A DNA stretch of 55,791 nt. Source: an uncultured Eubacteriales bacterium. Its GTDB lineage: Bacteria; Bacillota; Clostridia; Oscillospirales; Oscillospiraceae. Position numbers and translations under genes: made by a program. Below are positions 16,418-27,258 of this stretch, in pieces. Below the pieces are notes generated by a model. It worked only from the letters and a program-made list of their open reading frames with translations. It made no database searches and was not told the origin of the DNA. The first letter of the stretch is position 1. Each line of letters opens with the position of its first letter. The DNA lies in the NCBI GenBank assembly GCA_900317385.1, contig ONGN01000001.1, positions 1 to 55,791 on the forward strand. Reading direction: 5' to 3'.

Positions 16418-18862
16418 TTACTGCCTTATCGTATATGCTTCCGTCCTGTCCGCCATATCGGCGCGGACGGGCTTTTTATCATTCGCCGCTCTCTTCTTCC
16501 TGTTCTCCTGCTTGGGAAGGGCGATAGCCTCGGCTATGACCTCGTCTAAATACGACGCAGTCTTGAAAACGAGGGAGCGGCGCACCGTCTGGTCTATCTC
16601 CTCAAGGTCTCTCTCGTTATCCTTCGGGATTATGACCGTCTTGACCCCGCAGCGCAGGGCGGCCATAGTCTTCTCCTTAAGCCCGCCTATCGGGAGCACT
16701 CTTCCCGTAAGGGTTATCTCGCCCGTCATGGCGACGTCCCTTCTCACCTTTGCTCCGGTGAGAGCGGAGATCACGGCGATGGCTATGGTAATTCCGGCGG
16801 AAGGTCCGTCCTTTGGAACGGCGCCCTCCGGGAAATGGAGATGGATATCCCTGTTCTTGTAAAACTCCGGGTCGATGCCAAGCTTTTCCGCCCTCGCTCT
16901 AACGCAGGTGATGGCGGCGTTCGCCGATTCGGTCATCACCTTACCGAGGTTTCCGGTTATCTCAAGCTTGCCCGTACCGGAAAGGGCGACCGCCTCGACC
17001 TCAAGAAGCTCGCCGCCGACCTCCGTCCACGCAAGCCCGTTGACGACGCCGACGCCGTCAGTCGCCGACAGGTTCTCCGGTCTGAATTTTCTCGGGCCGA
17101 GAAGGGCTTCAAGATCCCCCGCCTTAACGCTGAGGCTGTCGCCCTCGCCGGAGGCGATGCGCTTGTCAGCCTTGCGGCAGATGGCGTTGAGCTCGCGTTC
17201 AAGCAGCCTTACGCCCGATTCCCTCGTATATCCGGATATTATCTCTCTTATCGCGCCGTCGCTTATCTTAAGCGTTTTCTGATCGAGGCCGTGTTTCTTC
17301 CTTGCCTTCGGGAGAAGATGGCGCTTTGCTATCATCAGCTTCTCCTCGTCGGTATAACTCGTAAGCTCGATGACCTCCATCCTGTCAAGCAGGGGGCGCG
17401 GTATCGTCGAGGTCGTGTTCGCGGTGGTTATGAAAAGCACGTTTGAAAGGTCGAATGGCACCTCTAAAAAGTGGTCTCTGAACGTGGCGTTCTCAACCGG
17501 GTCAAGCGCCTCTAAAAGAGCCGAGGCCGGGTCGCCGTGGTAGTCCGCGCCGAGCTTATCTATCTCGTCGAGCAGTAAAAGCGGGTTATTTGAGCCTGAC
17601 TGGGTTATCGCCGTCATTATCCTTCCGGGCATAGCGCCTATATAGGTCTTTCTGTGGCCCCTTATCTCGGCCTCGTCGCGGATGCCGCCGAGGCTCATTC
17701 TCGCAAGCTTACGGTTTGTCGCGTGGGCTATGCTCATAGCTATGCTGGTCTTTCCGACGCCCGGAGGCCCTACGAAGCAGAGGATAGCTCCCTTTACGTC
17801 CGGCGCTATCTGCCTTACGGCGAGGTATTCAAGTATCCTCTCCTTTACCTTCTCAAGCCCGTAGTGCTCCTTGTCAAGTATGCGTCTCGCCGCCTCCACG
17901 TCGGCTCTCTCCTTCGTGGACGAGTGCCACGGCAGGGCGAGCACTGCGTCGAGGTAGCTTCTTATCACCGAGCCCTCGGCTGAGCCGAAGGGCTGCTTCT
18001 GCAGCCTGTCGACCTCTTTATAAAGCTTCTCCTCGGTCTCCTTCGAAAGCCTTGCGGCCGCAATCTTCTCTCTGTATTCCGATATCTCCGGGTCTTCGCC
18101 CTCGCCTAGCTCAGCGCGGATAAGATTAAGCTGCTCGCGGAGGACGTTGTCGCGGTGGATGGAAGAAATCCTGTCGCGCAGCTTATCGTTGATATCGCTC
18201 TCGATCCTCAGGACCTCAAGCTCCTCAGTGATGAAGTCGCAGAGCCTTGTTAGCCTCTCCTCGGTATCGACTGTCTCAAGTATCTCCTGCTTTTTCGCCG
18301 CCGACATACCGACGTTCTGCGCAATGTAATCCGCTGTGTACTCAGGGTCGTCCCTCAGCGTCAGGTTAATGAACACCTCGGGCACTCCCGTGCCTATCTC
18401 CTCGGTATATTCATCAAAAAGGGTGATGGCGTTGCGCATAAGCGCCTCCGCCCTCTTCGTTCTTCCGCGCTCCGCCCTCTCGATCTCGGAGACGAGGGCC
18501 TCAGTATATTTTTTCCCTGGCAGGAAAGCCTCTATCTTCGCTCTCGCCTTGCCCTCGACCATTATCCGAAGCCCCGCTTCACCGTTCTTAACGTACTGGC
18601 GGAGGGTGCAGATTACACCGATATCGTAGATATCCTCTGCTGTGGGCTTTTCTTTAAAGACGTTCTTCTGCGCGGCGACGAATATGCGCATATCAGCCTT
18701 TGCCGCCGCTAAAACGGCGTTTACGGACTGTTTCCTCTCGATATCGAAGCTTATGACAGTCTCCGGAAACAGCGATAAGCCCCTCAGCGCGAGGAGCGGA
18801 AGCTTTATTATATTGCCTTGTAAGGCGCTTATTCTCTCATTATCACTCATATTTTCACTCAT
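16418..18862 (-). CDS. lon: ATP-dependent Lon protease
   Basis: 814 aa with a LON N-domain, Walker A GPPGVGKTS and the protease Ser context PKDGPSAGIT. The start could instead be the second ATG at 18850. Confidence 0.95.
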   Translation of the reverse strand: MSENMSDNERISALQGNIIKLPLLALRGLSLFPETVISFDIERKQSVNAVLAAAKADMRIFVAAQKNVFKEKPTAEDIYDIGVICTLRQYVKNGEAGLRIMVEGKARAKIEAFLPGKKYTEALVSEIERAERGRTKRAEALMRNAITLFDEYTEEIGTGVPEVFINLTLRDDPEYTADYIAQNVGMSAAKKQEILETVDTEERLTRLCDFITEELEVLRIESDINDKLRDRISSIHRDNVLREQLNLIRAELGEGEDPEISEYREKIAAARLSKETEEKLYKEVDRLQKQPFGSAEGSVIRSYLDAVLALPWHSSTKERADVEAARRILDKEHYGLEKVKERILEYLAVRQIAPDVKGAILCFVGPPGVGKTSIAMSIAHATNRKLARMSLGGIRDEAEIRGHRKTYIGAMPGRIMTAITQSGSNNPLLLLDEIDKLGADYHGDPASALLEALDPVENATFRDHFLEVPFDLSNVLFITTANTTSTIPRPLLDRMEVIELTSYTDEEKLMIAKRHLLPKARKKHGLDQKTLKISDGAIREIISGYTRESGVRLLERELNAICRKADKRIASGEGDSLSVKAGDLEALLGPRKFRPENLSATDGVGVVNGLAWTEVGGELLEVEAVALSGTGKLEITGNLGKVMTESANAAITCVRARAEKLGIDPEFYKNRDIHLHFPEGAVPKDGPSAGITIAIAVISALTGAKVRRDVAMTGEITLTGRVLPIGGLKEKTMAALRCGVKTVIIPKDNERDLEEIDQTVRRSLVFKTASYLDEVIAEAIALPKQENRKKRAANDKKPVRADMADRTEAYTIRQ

Positions 18863-18873
18863 TTCAGTCGCTA

Positions 18874-18909
18874 TAAAAAAACCGCAAACGGCGGGGGCAA
18901 GCCCCCGCC
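18874..18909 (-). terminator. Intrinsic terminator after clpX
   Basis: Stem GGCGGGGG / CCCCCGCC (18890-18897 / 18902-18909) with a 4-nt loop. On the - strand it is followed by GTTTGCGGTTTTTTT. Confidence 0.7.
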
Positions 18910-18922
18910 CGATAAATCGGTA

Positions 18923-20209
18923 TTATTCCAAGTTTAAGGCAAGATTCGGATCGATGCGCGGCTTCGGACGGCGAATGAGCTTAGGCCCGGTTCCCTCCCT
19001 CACGGAGGCCTCGGTAATAACGACCTTTTCGATCCTGTCCTGAGACGGTACGTCGTACATAACGTCAGTCATAATGCTCTCGACCACGCTTCTAAGGCCC
19101 CTTGCCCCTATGTCGAGCTCGATAGCCCTGTCGGCAATAGCCTCGAGAGCTCCGTCCTCAAACTCAAGGCTCACTCCGTCGTACTTCATCAGAGCCTTAT
19201 ACTGCTTCGTAATGGCGTTCTTCGGCTCCTTAAGGATACGGACGAGATCGTCTCTCGTGAGCTGCTTCATGGGAACTATCACGGGCATACGCCCGATAAG
19301 CTCGGGTATTATCCCGAACTTCTGGAGATCGTGCGAGCGGACGCTGAGCATTATCTCGCCCGCCGCGCGCTCGCGCTTTGACTTGATATCGGCGCCGAAG
19401 CCCATGCTCTTTTTATCGAGGCGCTGCTCGATGATCTTCTCTATCCCGTCGAAGGCTCCGCCGCAGATGAAGAGGATATTCTTCGTGTTCACCTGAATGA
19501 ACTCCTGCTGCGGGTGCTTTCTGCCGCCGAGCGGCGGAACTCCGGCAACGGTACCCTCAAGTATCTTGAGAAGCGCCTGCTGCACTCCTTCGCCGGATAC
19601 GTCGCGGGTTATCGAGGTGTTCTCGCTCTTGCGGGCGATCTTATCCAGCTCGTCGATATAAATTATGCCGTGCTCCGCGAGAGGGACGTTGAAATCGGCG
19701 GCCTGAAGAAGGCGGAGAAGGATATTCTCCACGTCGTCGCCGACGTAGCCCGCCTCGGTAAGCGTGGTGGCGTCCGCTATCGCGAAGGGCACCTTCAGGA
19801 GCTTTGCGAGGGTCTGGGCAAAGAGCGTCTTTCCCGAGCCGGTGGGCCCGATGAGAAGCACGTTCGACTTCTGGATCTCGGTATCGCCCTGATCCTCGGC
19901 AAGTACGCGCTTATAGTGGTTGTACACCGCCACGGATATGGCCTTTTTCGCCTCATCCTGGCCGATGATATACTCATCGAGATATTCCTTTATCTCGCGG
20001 GGCTTCGGGATATCCTGAAACGGAAGCTCGCCCTCGTACTGCTCTACAGTATAGTCAGGCTCGTCATAGTCGAAGCCCATTATTTCGCCGCACAGCTTTA
20101 CGCATTCATTGCAAATAAAGGCGTCAAGTCCGCGAACTATGCGCTCGACCTCGTCCTCTCTTTTGCCGCAGAAGCTGCAGCGGATAAGCTTTTCATCGTT
20201 CTTTGCCAT
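18923..20209 (-). CDS. clpX: ATP-dependent Clp protease ATP-binding subunit ClpX
   Basis: Zinc ribbon CSFCGK...CNEC, Walker A GPTGSGKT, and the family-wide conserved C-terminus. Confidence 0.97.
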   Translation of the reverse strand: MAKNDEKLIRCSFCGKREDEVERIVRGLDAFICNECVKLCGEIMGFDYDEPDYTVEQYEGELPFQDIPKPREIKEYLDEYIIGQDEAKKAISVAVYNHYKRVLAEDQGDTEIQKSNVLLIGPTGSGKTLFAQTLAKLLKVPFAIADATTLTEAGYVGDDVENILLRLLQAADFNVPLAEHGIIYIDELDKIARKSENTSITRDVSGEGVQQALLKILEGTVAGVPPLGGRKHPQQEFIQVNTKNILFICGGAFDGIEKIIEQRLDKKSMGFGADIKSKRERAAGEIMLSVRSHDLQKFGIIPELIGRMPVIVPMKQLTRDDLVRILKEPKNAITKQYKALMKYDGVSLEFEDGALEAIADRAIELDIGARGLRSVVESIMTDVMYDVPSQDRIEKVVITEASVREGTGPKLIRRPKPRIDPNLALNLE

Positions 20210-20238
20210 TTAGCCCCAGATACCTTTCAAATAATTGC

Positions 20239-20820
20239 TCAGCGCTTTGTTATGACCTTATCTATGATACCGAACTCAACTGCCTCTTCGGCGGACATAA
20301 AGTTGTCTCTCTCCGTTGCGGCGCGGACGGTATCTATATCCTTCCCCGTGTTCTCCGCGAGGATACGGTTGAGGTTTTCCTTGATCCTTAGGATATTCTC
20401 CGCGTGGATGCGGATATCCGTTGCCTGACCCTGGAAGCCGCCCGAGGGCTGGTGGATCATGATCTCGGAGTTGGGAAGGGCTATTCTCTTCCCCTTCGCC
20501 CCGGCGGCGAGCAGGAAAGCGCCCATGCTGGCTGCGAGGCCGACGCAGATCGTGGATACGTCGGGCTTTATATACTGCATCGTGTCGTAGATCGCCATTC
20601 CGGCAGTGACGGAGCCGCCCGGGGAGTTTATATAGAACTGGATATCCTTATCCGGATCCTGCGCCTCAAGATAGAGGAGCTGTGCGACTACGAGGCTCGC
20701 AGTGGTATCGTTCACCTCTTCGCCGAGGAATATTATCCTGTCGTTAAGAAGGCGGGAATAGATATCGTAGCTGCGCTCGCCGCGGCTCGTCTGCTCTACA
20801 ACGTAAGGTACTAACGCCAT
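20239..20820 (-). CDS. clpP: ATP-dependent Clp protease proteolytic subunit
   Basis: 193 aa with the catalytic contexts GLAASMGAF (Ser) and MIHQP (His). Confidence 0.97.
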   Translation of the reverse strand: MALVPYVVEQTSRGERSYDIYSRLLNDRIIFLGEEVNDTTASLVVAQLLYLEAQDPDKDIQFYINSPGGSVTAGMAIYDTMQYIKPDVSTICVGLAASMGAFLLAAGAKGKRIALPNSEIMIHQPSGGFQGQATDIRIHAENILRIKENLNRILAENTGKDIDTVRAATERDNFMSAEEAVEFGIIDKVITKR

Positions 20821-20896
20821 AATCGGTCCTCCTTATTTAATGCTGTAAACTGATGATAACCGAATAGCCGCTTTTCTAAACAGGCGGCGGGCATCA

Positions 20897-22186
20897 TCAC
20901 TCTTCGGCCTTCTCCGCAGCGACGGCGTTTCCGTAAACGTACTCCTTCGCGGCGTCGATCTGAAGTCCGGTTTTTACCGCGTCGGGCAGAACGGCGCGCT
21001 TGATATCCTCAAGCTTCATACCGTACTCGTCTGCAAGGCGCTGATACTCGGCCTCGACCTTCTCATCGGAGATCTCGAACTTCTCCTCCTTGGCGATAAA
21101 CTCGAAAGCGAGGTCGGCCTTTATCTCCTTCTCGGCGGTGGGGCGAAGCTCGGTGCGAAGTCCCGATTCCTCCATGCCCATCATCTTGAGATACTGCTCG
21201 TAATCCATGCCCTGGGCGCGGATGTTATACTTGAAGTTGTCGATCATATTCTGGACCTGATCGTCGATCATTGCGTCGGGAATCTCGCCCTCGACCTTAT
21301 CGACGAGGCGGGAGAGAACGATATTGCGGAAGTCCTCCTCTGCGGTCTTCTGGCGCTTCTCGGTGAGCTCGGCCTTAAGGCTCGCCTTATACTCATCGAG
21401 GGTGTCGAACTCGGAGACGTCCTTCGCAAGCTCGTCGTCGAGCTCGGGGAGAAGCTTCTCCTTAACGTTCTTAACGGTCACCTTGAAGGTTGCGGGCTTT
21501 CCGGCAAGCTCGGGCGCGTAAGCCTCGGGGAAGGTCACGTTGACCTCGGTCTCCTCGCCAGCGCTCTTGCCGATGAGCTGATCCTCAAAGCCGGGGATGA
21601 AGGTGCCGCTGCCGAGCTCAAGATCGTAGTCCTCGCCTGCGCCGCCCTCAAAGGGCTCGCCGTTCATATAGCCGACAAAGTCGATGGTGGCGATATCTCC
21701 GGCCTTGGCGGGACGCTCGGCGGTCTCAACTCTGGCGTTCTGCTCGCGGACTCTCTGGAGCTCGCGATCGACCTCGGCGTCGGAAACGGTCACAGGGGGC
21801 TTCGGAGCCTCGATGCCCTTATAGCCCTCGACCTTGATCTCGGGATATACGGCAACGCGGAATTTGAGGGTAAGGCTCTTGTCCTCGCCGATCTTCATAT
21901 CGATAACAGCGGGCTGGCCGACTACGGAAAGCCCGTTCTCCTTTATTCCGGCGTCGAGAGCGTCGGGATATATCTCCTCAACGGCGTCGTCATAGAAGAC
22001 TCCGACTCCGTACATAGCCTCGATCATCTTCCGGGGCGCCTTGCCCTTGCGGAAGCCGGGCATGTTTATTCTGCCCCTGTTCTTTAAGTAAGCCTTGTTA
22101 ACCGCGGCCTCGAACTCCTCGGGGGTCGTCTCAACGGTAAACTCCGCCGTGCTCTTCTCTTTCTTTTCAAAGTCCTTTACTGTCAC
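20897..22186 (-). CDS. tig: Trigger factor
   Basis: GTG start with AGGAGGAG upstream, the ribosome-binding GFRKGKAP motif, a central FKBP-type domain and an acidic C-terminus. Confidence 0.95.
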   Translation of the reverse strand: MTVKDFEKKEKSTAEFTVETTPEEFEAAVNKAYLKNRGRINMPGFRKGKAPRKMIEAMYGVGVFYDDAVEEIYPDALDAGIKENGLSVVGQPAVIDMKIGEDKSLTLKFRVAVYPEIKVEGYKGIEAPKPPVTVSDAEVDRELQRVREQNARVETAERPAKAGDIATIDFVGYMNGEPFEGGAGEDYDLELGSGTFIPGFEDQLIGKSAGEETEVNVTFPEAYAPELAGKPATFKVTVKNVKEKLLPELDDELAKDVSEFDTLDEYKASLKAELTEKRQKTAEEDFRNIVLSRLVDKVEGEIPDAMIDDQVQNMIDNFKYNIRAQGMDYEQYLKMMGMEESGLRTELRPTAEKEIKADLAFEFIAKEEKFEISDEKVEAEYQRLADEYGMKLEDIKRAVLPDAVKTGLQIDAAKEYVYGNAVAAEKAEE

Positions 22187-22225
22187 TTTGGATCTCCTCC
22201 TGTACTTTTGTAGACATACTTGGGT

Positions 22226-22254
22226 ATTTTAGCATAGAATCTCAAAATTGTAAA
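22226..22254 (-). promoter_or_regulatory. Sigma-A promoter for tig
   Basis: The - strand reads TTTACA (22249-22254), a 17-nt spacer ending in TGC (extended -10), then TAAAAT (22226-22231). Confidence 0.5.
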
Positions 22255-22291
22255 TGATTTTACACTTTTTTTACATTATTTCAGGTAGCTC

Positions 22292-22978
22292 TCAGATCAC
22301 TCTTACCGGCTTGAAGCCAACGTGGTCGGCGCTTATGAGCCTGTAGCTCACTCCGTCGGCCTCTCCCTCGAAGGCGAGAAGCCTTCCCGCCCCGTGGATA
22401 TGCCCGTAGTAGCACTCGCGCACGCCGTATCTGTGCAAAAGCTCCACCATCTCGTCGGAGTAATACTTCCCGTAAAACGGCGGGTAGTGAAGGAAAACGA
22501 TCTTTCTCTCCGCCTCACCCGCGGCTTTTAGCGAGGTCTCGAGGCGCTGGACCTCCCGCGCCATTATCTTCTTATCCTGATCCGAGGCGTTCTCCCTCGG
22601 GCAGAACCAGCCCCTCGTTCCGCATAATGCGGTCTCCCCGTAGAAAAAGCAGTTGTTATTTAATATCTCGATCGAGTCGAGCCCGTGCTCCCGGAAAAAA
22701 CTCATCGCCTTCGAGGCGGTGGACCACCAGAAGTCGTGATTTCCCTTAAGGATTATCTTTTTCCCGGGAAGCTCGTGGATAAACCTGAAGTCCTCAAGGC
22801 AGTCATTAAGGCTCATTCCCCACGTCATATCTCCCGCGATAACGGTGGTATCCTCCGGCGAGACTGCTTTGAAGTTCTCCCTCAGCTTTTCGGCGTGGTT
22901 TTCCCACTCGGCGCCGAAAACGTCCATAGGCTTATCCGCGCCGAAGGAGAGGTGAAGGTCGCCGATAGTATAGAGCAT
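22292..22978 (-). CDS. Metallophosphoesterase
   Basis: Motif series GDLHL, GDMTW, GNHDFWW, LHYPP, GHIHG. Confidence 0.8.
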   Translation of the reverse strand: MLYTIGDLHLSFGADKPMDVFGAEWENHAEKLRENFKAVSPEDTTVIAGDMTWGMSLNDCLEDFRFIHELPGKKIILKGNHDFWWSTASKAMSFFREHGLDSIEILNNNCFFYGETALCGTRGWFCPRENASDQDKKIMAREVQRLETSLKAAGEAERKIVFLHYPPFYGKYYSDEMVELLHRYGVRECYYGHIHGAGRLLAFEGEADGVSYRLISADHVGFKPVRVI

Positions 22979-23007
22979 ATGTCCTCCCGATGAATAAAAG
23001 TCCCCAA

Positions 23008-24492
23008 TCAGCTTAAAAAGTTCCTGACCGTTTCGGTAAGCTCGGTCTTTTTGGCGCAGAAGGTAAATCTCGCCTTTCTTCCCGCAAGGTCGGCAAGCGG
23101 GCGGGGCGCCGGGACGCCCGTGACCTCGCTGAGCACTCCGATAAGCTCGGGCCCGGGCTTTTCGCAGGGCTCTCCGAGCGCTTTGAGCACGGCGGGCGTA
23201 AACTTAAACGGGCTCGCGGTCGAGAGCGTGACCGTCTTCGTTTCATCCCCCGTTTTTTCCCGGTATTCCTTCGTTACGCCGAAGGCCACGGCCGTATGGG
23301 TGTCCATAAGGTATCCCTTTTCTCTGAAGGTGTCTCGTATGACCGCCTTCGCCGATTCGTCGTCAAGGCTGCCCGCCGAGAAAACGGAGCCTATCCTTTC
23401 AAGCGTCTCGGCATCTATTTCATAGCGCCCGTCGCTCCTGAGGCTTCCCATAAGCTCGCTGACTTTCTCGCCGCTGCCATACAGATCGCTCAAGAGCCTT
23501 TCAAGGTTCGAGGAGATCAGGATATCCATCGAGGGCGATATCGTCTCGTAGAAGGGTCTTAGCCTGTTATACTCGCCCGTTCTGAAAAAGTCCGTCAGCA
23601 CGTCGTTTTTGTTTGAAGCGCAGATAAGGCGGGCGACGGGGAGACCCATCTTCTTTGCGTAGTACCCCGCCAGGATATCGCCGAAGTTGCCGGTGGGAAC
23701 GGAGAAGTTTATCTTCTCGCCCGGCTCTATCTCGCCCGCGTTTATAAGGTCGCAGTAGGCGGAGAAGTAGTAGACTATCTGCGGAAGGAGCCTGCCCCAG
23801 TTTATCGAGTTTGCCGATGAGAGGAACCAGCCCTTTTTTTCGAGCTCTTTCCTTAGCTCCTCGCTTGAGAATATCTCCTTCACTCCGGTCTGAGCGTCGT
23901 CAAAGTTGCCCTCTATCGCCGAAACGAAGACGTTTCCGCCCTCCTGGCTCGTCATCTGCAGCTTCTGCACCTCGCTGACCCCGTCGCGGGGGTAGAACAC
24001 GAGTATCTTCGCGCACTCAACGTCGCGGAAGCCCTCGAGGGCTGCCTTGCCCGTATCGCCGCTCGTTGCGACGAGAATGCAGACGCGCTTATCTTCGCCC
24101 GTCTTTTTAAGAGCCGCCGTAAGGAGGTGGGGCAGCATCTGAAGCGCCATATCCTTGAAGGCGCAGGTAGGCCCGTGCCAGAGCTCGAGGATATATTCGC
24201 CTTCGCCGAGCTTCACTACCGGGGCTACGGCATCTGAGTCGAATTTCTCCCGGGAATACGCTGCATTCGCGAAGTCTCTCAGCTCTTCCTCGGAATAGTC
24301 CTCAAGGAAAAGCTTCATTATTCTGACTGCCCTCTCTCTGTAATCGAGGGCGCAGAGGGCCGCGATCTCCTCACTGGTCAGTGTCGGAACCGTTTCCGGC
24401 ACGAAAAGGCCGCCCTCTCTCGAAAGGCCCATCGCTATCGCTTCGGCGGCCGTGATTTTCACCGATCTGTCTCTTGTGCTGTAATATTTCAT
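23008..24492 (-). CDS. thrC: Threonine synthase (long form)
   Basis: 494 aa with the PLP-lysine context CAFKDMALQ and the SGDTGKAA phosphate loop. Confidence 0.92.
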   Translation of the reverse strand: MKYYSTRDRSVKITAAEAIAMGLSREGGLFVPETVPTLTSEEIAALCALDYRERAVRIMKLFLEDYSEEELRDFANAAYSREKFDSDAVAPVVKLGEGEYILELWHGPTCAFKDMALQMLPHLLTAALKKTGEDKRVCILVATSGDTGKAALEGFRDVECAKILVFYPRDGVSEVQKLQMTSQEGGNVFVSAIEGNFDDAQTGVKEIFSSEELRKELEKKGWFLSSANSINWGRLLPQIVYYFSAYCDLINAGEIEPGEKINFSVPTGNFGDILAGYYAKKMGLPVARLICASNKNDVLTDFFRTGEYNRLRPFYETISPSMDILISSNLERLLSDLYGSGEKVSELMGSLRSDGRYEIDAETLERIGSVFSAGSLDDESAKAVIRDTFREKGYLMDTHTAVAFGVTKEYREKTGDETKTVTLSTASPFKFTPAVLKALGEPCEKPGPELIGVLSEVTGVPAPRPLADLAGRKARFTFCAKKTELTETVRNFLS

Positions 24493-24498
24493 AGTTAC

Positions 24499-24873
24499 TC
24501 ACTTTCCTTCCCAGAACGCGCTCTCAAGGTGGGTTATTCCGGGCTTTTTAGTATTAACGCCCTCGGGGGCGTAAATTTCGATCACGTCGAAGCGGGGCTG
24601 CTTTTCGGTCTCGTTCTCCTGCAGCCACCGGGACGCGGCGGCGATCACCCGCTTCTGCTTTCCCGCGCCGACGAATTCTCTCGCGGCTCCGTGCTCGTCG
24701 TTTTTCCTGAGCTTGACCTCGCAGAAGACGACGAAATCCCTGTTCTCCGCAATAACGTCTACCTCGCCGAAACGGGTATTATAGCCCATCGCGGCTATTT
24801 TGTATCTTTTCTTTTTCAAATATCGGGCGGCTGTCTCCTCGCCCCATCTGCCCAAAAGCTTATTCTCGTTCAT
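24499..24873 (-). CDS. YraN-family (UPF0102) endonuclease-like protein
   Basis: 124 aa. GEVDVIA...FCEVK matches the restriction-endonuclease-like core of the family. It occupies the usual position next to rnhB. Confidence 0.85.
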   Translation of the reverse strand: MNENKLLGRWGEETAARYLKKKRYKIAAMGYNTRFGEVDVIAENRDFVVFCEVKLRKNDEHGAAREFVGAGKQKRVIAAASRWLQENETEKQPRFDVIEIYAPEGVNTKKPGITHLESAFWEGK

Positions 24874-25485
24874 TCAATGCATCTTCTTAAGAAACGATTT
24901 TCTGTGGATCTCGCAGGGACCGTACTCCCTCAGCCTCTCGTAATGCAGAGCCGTGGGGTAACCTTTGTGCTTCTCGAAGGCGTACTGCGGATACTTTTCC
25001 GCAAGGGTGAGCATCAGCCTGTCCCTCGTGACCTTCGCGATTATAGAGGCCGCGGCGACAGAGGCGCTTTTCCCGTCGCCCTTTACGACCGTGATATTGG
25101 AAAACTCAAGTCCTTCAGAGCGGTTCCCGTCGACTATCGAGATATCAGGCTCAAGTCCGAGAGCCTTCACCGCCCTGTTCATCGCAAGGTAGGTCGCGTT
25201 CAGAATATTTACTTCGTCGATCTCCTCCGGGCTCGCGAAACCGACAGCCCACGCCTCCGCCTTTTCGGTTATTATCCCGTAAAGCCGTTCTCTCTGCTTC
25301 TCCGTAAGCTTCTTTGAGTCGTTCAACCCCTCTATCTCAATTCCGAACGGGAGAACGCAGGCGGCAGCGCACACGGGTCCCGCAAGAGGACCACGCCCGG
25401 CCTCGTCCACACCGGCGATCAGTTTTTTGCCATCCGCCGCAAGCTCGCGTTCGATTGACCAGAGGTCTATTTCACCGTTTCGCAT
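24874..25485 (-). CDS. rnhB: Ribonuclease HII
   Basis: VDEAGRGPLAGPV active-site motif, 203 aa. Confidence 0.93.
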   Translation of the reverse strand: MRNGEIDLWSIERELAADGKKLIAGVDEAGRGPLAGPVCAAACVLPFGIEIEGLNDSKKLTEKQRERLYGIITEKAEAWAVGFASPEEIDEVNILNATYLAMNRAVKALGLEPDISIVDGNRSEGLEFSNITVVKGDGKSASVAAASIIAKVTRDRLMLTLAEKYPQYAFEKHKGYPTALHYERLREYGPCEIHRKSFLKKMH

Positions 25486-26374
25486 TTTTCAGCGCCCCCT
25501 CGATCTCCGCCTCGGTGGAAAAGCCCCTCGCGGCACCGCTTACGCGGATCTTGAGGGCCGCGAACATCTGAGCCCGTTCAAGGGCCTCAACTGGGGCAAA
25601 GCCCTTTCCGTAAAAGTTTAAAAAAGCGGCGAACAGAGCGTCGCCCGCTCCTACGGTATTTACGGCGGCGTCAGTCCGGAACGCGGGCATCTCAATAAAG
25701 CGGTTTTCGTCTCTGAGATACATAAGCGCGCCCTCGGCGCCCATACCGAGCACGATGATCTCGTTTTTGTACCGTGACTCGAGGGCAAAGATAAAGGCGC
25801 GTCTGTCGCCCCTTATGCCCTCGTGGCTCAGAAACAGGATGTCCGCCGCATCCATAAACTCGCGGTTATAACCGTCCTCGATATCGGAGAGAACGTGAAC
25901 GTCCGTTGCGACCTTTTTGCCCGCGGACTTGGCAAGCTTTAAAAGCGGCCTTGAAAAGTTTATGTTCGTTGCCGCAATTATTTCGGCTCTATCCACAAGC
26001 GCCGGGTCAAATTCGTAAGTCCACTCCTGTATATCCTTAAGGTCGCAGTAGACCTGACGCCTGCCGCTCTCATCGTATAAAACGACGCTCGACGGGGTCT
26101 CCGCAAGGGTGCAGCTGACTGCGTCCGCCGAAATGCCCCGCTTTTCAAGCTCGGAGCTAACGTATCTCCCGCCGAAATCGTCGGCTATAAGGCCGCAGAG
26201 CGTGACAGTGCTGCCGAGCCTTTTCAGCGCGGAGGCAAGGTTGAAGCCCACGCCGCCCGGGGCGGTATTCACCCCGAAAAAGGCGTAGTCTATCGGATAG
26301 TAATTAATCGGAAAGCCCCTGACCTTAGCCGAGGTCTCCACGTTCAAAAGGCCGGAAACAAGTATCTCTGCCAT
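25472..26374 (-). CDS. PfkB-family carbohydrate kinase
   Basis: Ribokinase-like fold with the NTVGAGDALFAAF motif. Substrate not assignable. It overlaps rnhB by 14 nt. Confidence 0.8.
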   Translation of the reverse strand: MAEILVSGLLNVETSAKVRGFPINYYPIDYAFFGVNTAPGGVGFNLASALKRLGSTVTLCGLIADDFGGRYVSSELEKRGISADAVSCTLAETPSSVVLYDESGRRQVYCDLKDIQEWTYEFDPALVDRAEIIAATNINFSRPLLKLAKSAGKKVATDVHVLSDIEDGYNREFMDAADILFLSHEGIRGDRRAFIFALESRYKNEIIVLGMGAEGALMYLRDENRFIEMPAFRTDAAVNTVGAGDALFAAFLNFYGKGFAPVEALERAQMFAALKIRVSGAARGFSTEAEIEGALKNAKR

Positions 26375-26388
26375 AAATGATCACCATC

Positions 26389-27258
26389 TTAAATTGGCGT
26401 TTCAAGCGTCAGTCTCCCGAGCTTGCCTGCGCGAAACTCATCTAAGACTACCCTTGACATTCGCTCTAAATCGGTCTCGCCGCCCGAGACGATGAAGCCG
26501 CGCTTTTTTGCCGCCCGATTTAGAAGCTCAAAGCCGTCCTCCGTGTCCGTCTCTATCTTATATCTCCCGGCGAGCGCTTCGGGGTATTCAGAAGCGAGAA
26601 GCCTCATAAGCCTCGCTCCGAGGGTCTCCACGTCGAGAATATCGTCCTTAACGGCTCCGGTAAAGGCGAGGTGCTCGCCCACCTCCTTATCCTCGAACTT
26701 GGGCCAAAGCAGTCCCGGCGTATCGAGCATTTCAATGCCGCCGCCTATGTTTATCCACTGCTTGCCCCTCGTCACTCCGGGTCTGTCGGAGGCCTCCGCC
26801 GCCCTTCTGCCCGCGACGCGGTTTATAAAAGACGACTTTCCGACGTTCGGAATACCGAGGATCAATATTCTGAGAAGGCGGCCTGTCTGACCCCTCTCGC
26901 GGTAGTATTCTATCTTATCCTTCAAAAGGCCGCGGACGGCGTTCTGAAACGCATTCGTGCCCTTGCCGGACTTGGCGTCCGTCTTGATAACGTATAGTCC
27001 CTGCGCCTTAAAATTCTCCGCCCATCTGTCCGTCAAAGCCGGATCGGCCTGATCGGCCCTGTTCAGTATAAGCATCCTCGGCTTTCCGCCGATGAGCTCA
27101 CCAACCTCGGGGTTGCGGCTCGACCTCGGTATGCGGGCGTCGACCACCTCGCACACCGCGTCCACCATCGCGGAGTTTTCCTTTATCATCCTGCGGGCCT
27201 TCGCCATATGGCCGGGGAACCACTGGACGTTCACCGCCTCGTTTATCACGTCGCCCAT
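26389..27258 (-). CDS. rbgA: Ribosome biogenesis GTPase A (YlqF/RbgA)
   Basis: Circularly permuted GTPase order: NRADQ (G4), GIPNVGKSS (G1), DTPG (G3). N-terminal WFPGHMAKA. Confidence 0.92.
   Translation of the reverse strand: MGDVINEAVNVQWFPGHMAKARRMIKENSAMVDAVCEVVDARIPRSSRNPEVGELIGGKPRMLILNRADQADPALTDRWAENFKAQGLYVIKTDAKSGKGTNAFQNAVRGLLKDKIEYYRERGQTGRLLRILILGIPNVGKSSFINRVAGRRAAEASDRPGVTRGKQWINIGGGIEMLDTPGLLWPKFEDKEVGEHLAFTGAVKDDILDVETLGARLMRLLASEYPEALAGRYKIETDTEDGFELLNRAAKKRGFIVSGGETDLERMSRVVLDEFRAGKLGRLTLETPI

Noticed and set aside
20821-20896. CtsR or CIRCE heat-shock operators upstream of clpP, clpX and lon
   Set aside because: I found no GGTCAAA direct repeat and no TTAGCACTC-N9-GAGTGCTAA inverted repeat in the short intergenic regions.
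15182-25317. Other long + strand ORFs (15182..15895, 19514..20428, 24529..25317) and, further along, 28427..29101 and 36210..36983
   Set aside because: All lie antisense to confidently identified genes (M50, clpX, yraN/rnhB, GNAT, tyrS). They have R/G/L-rich composition and no SD.
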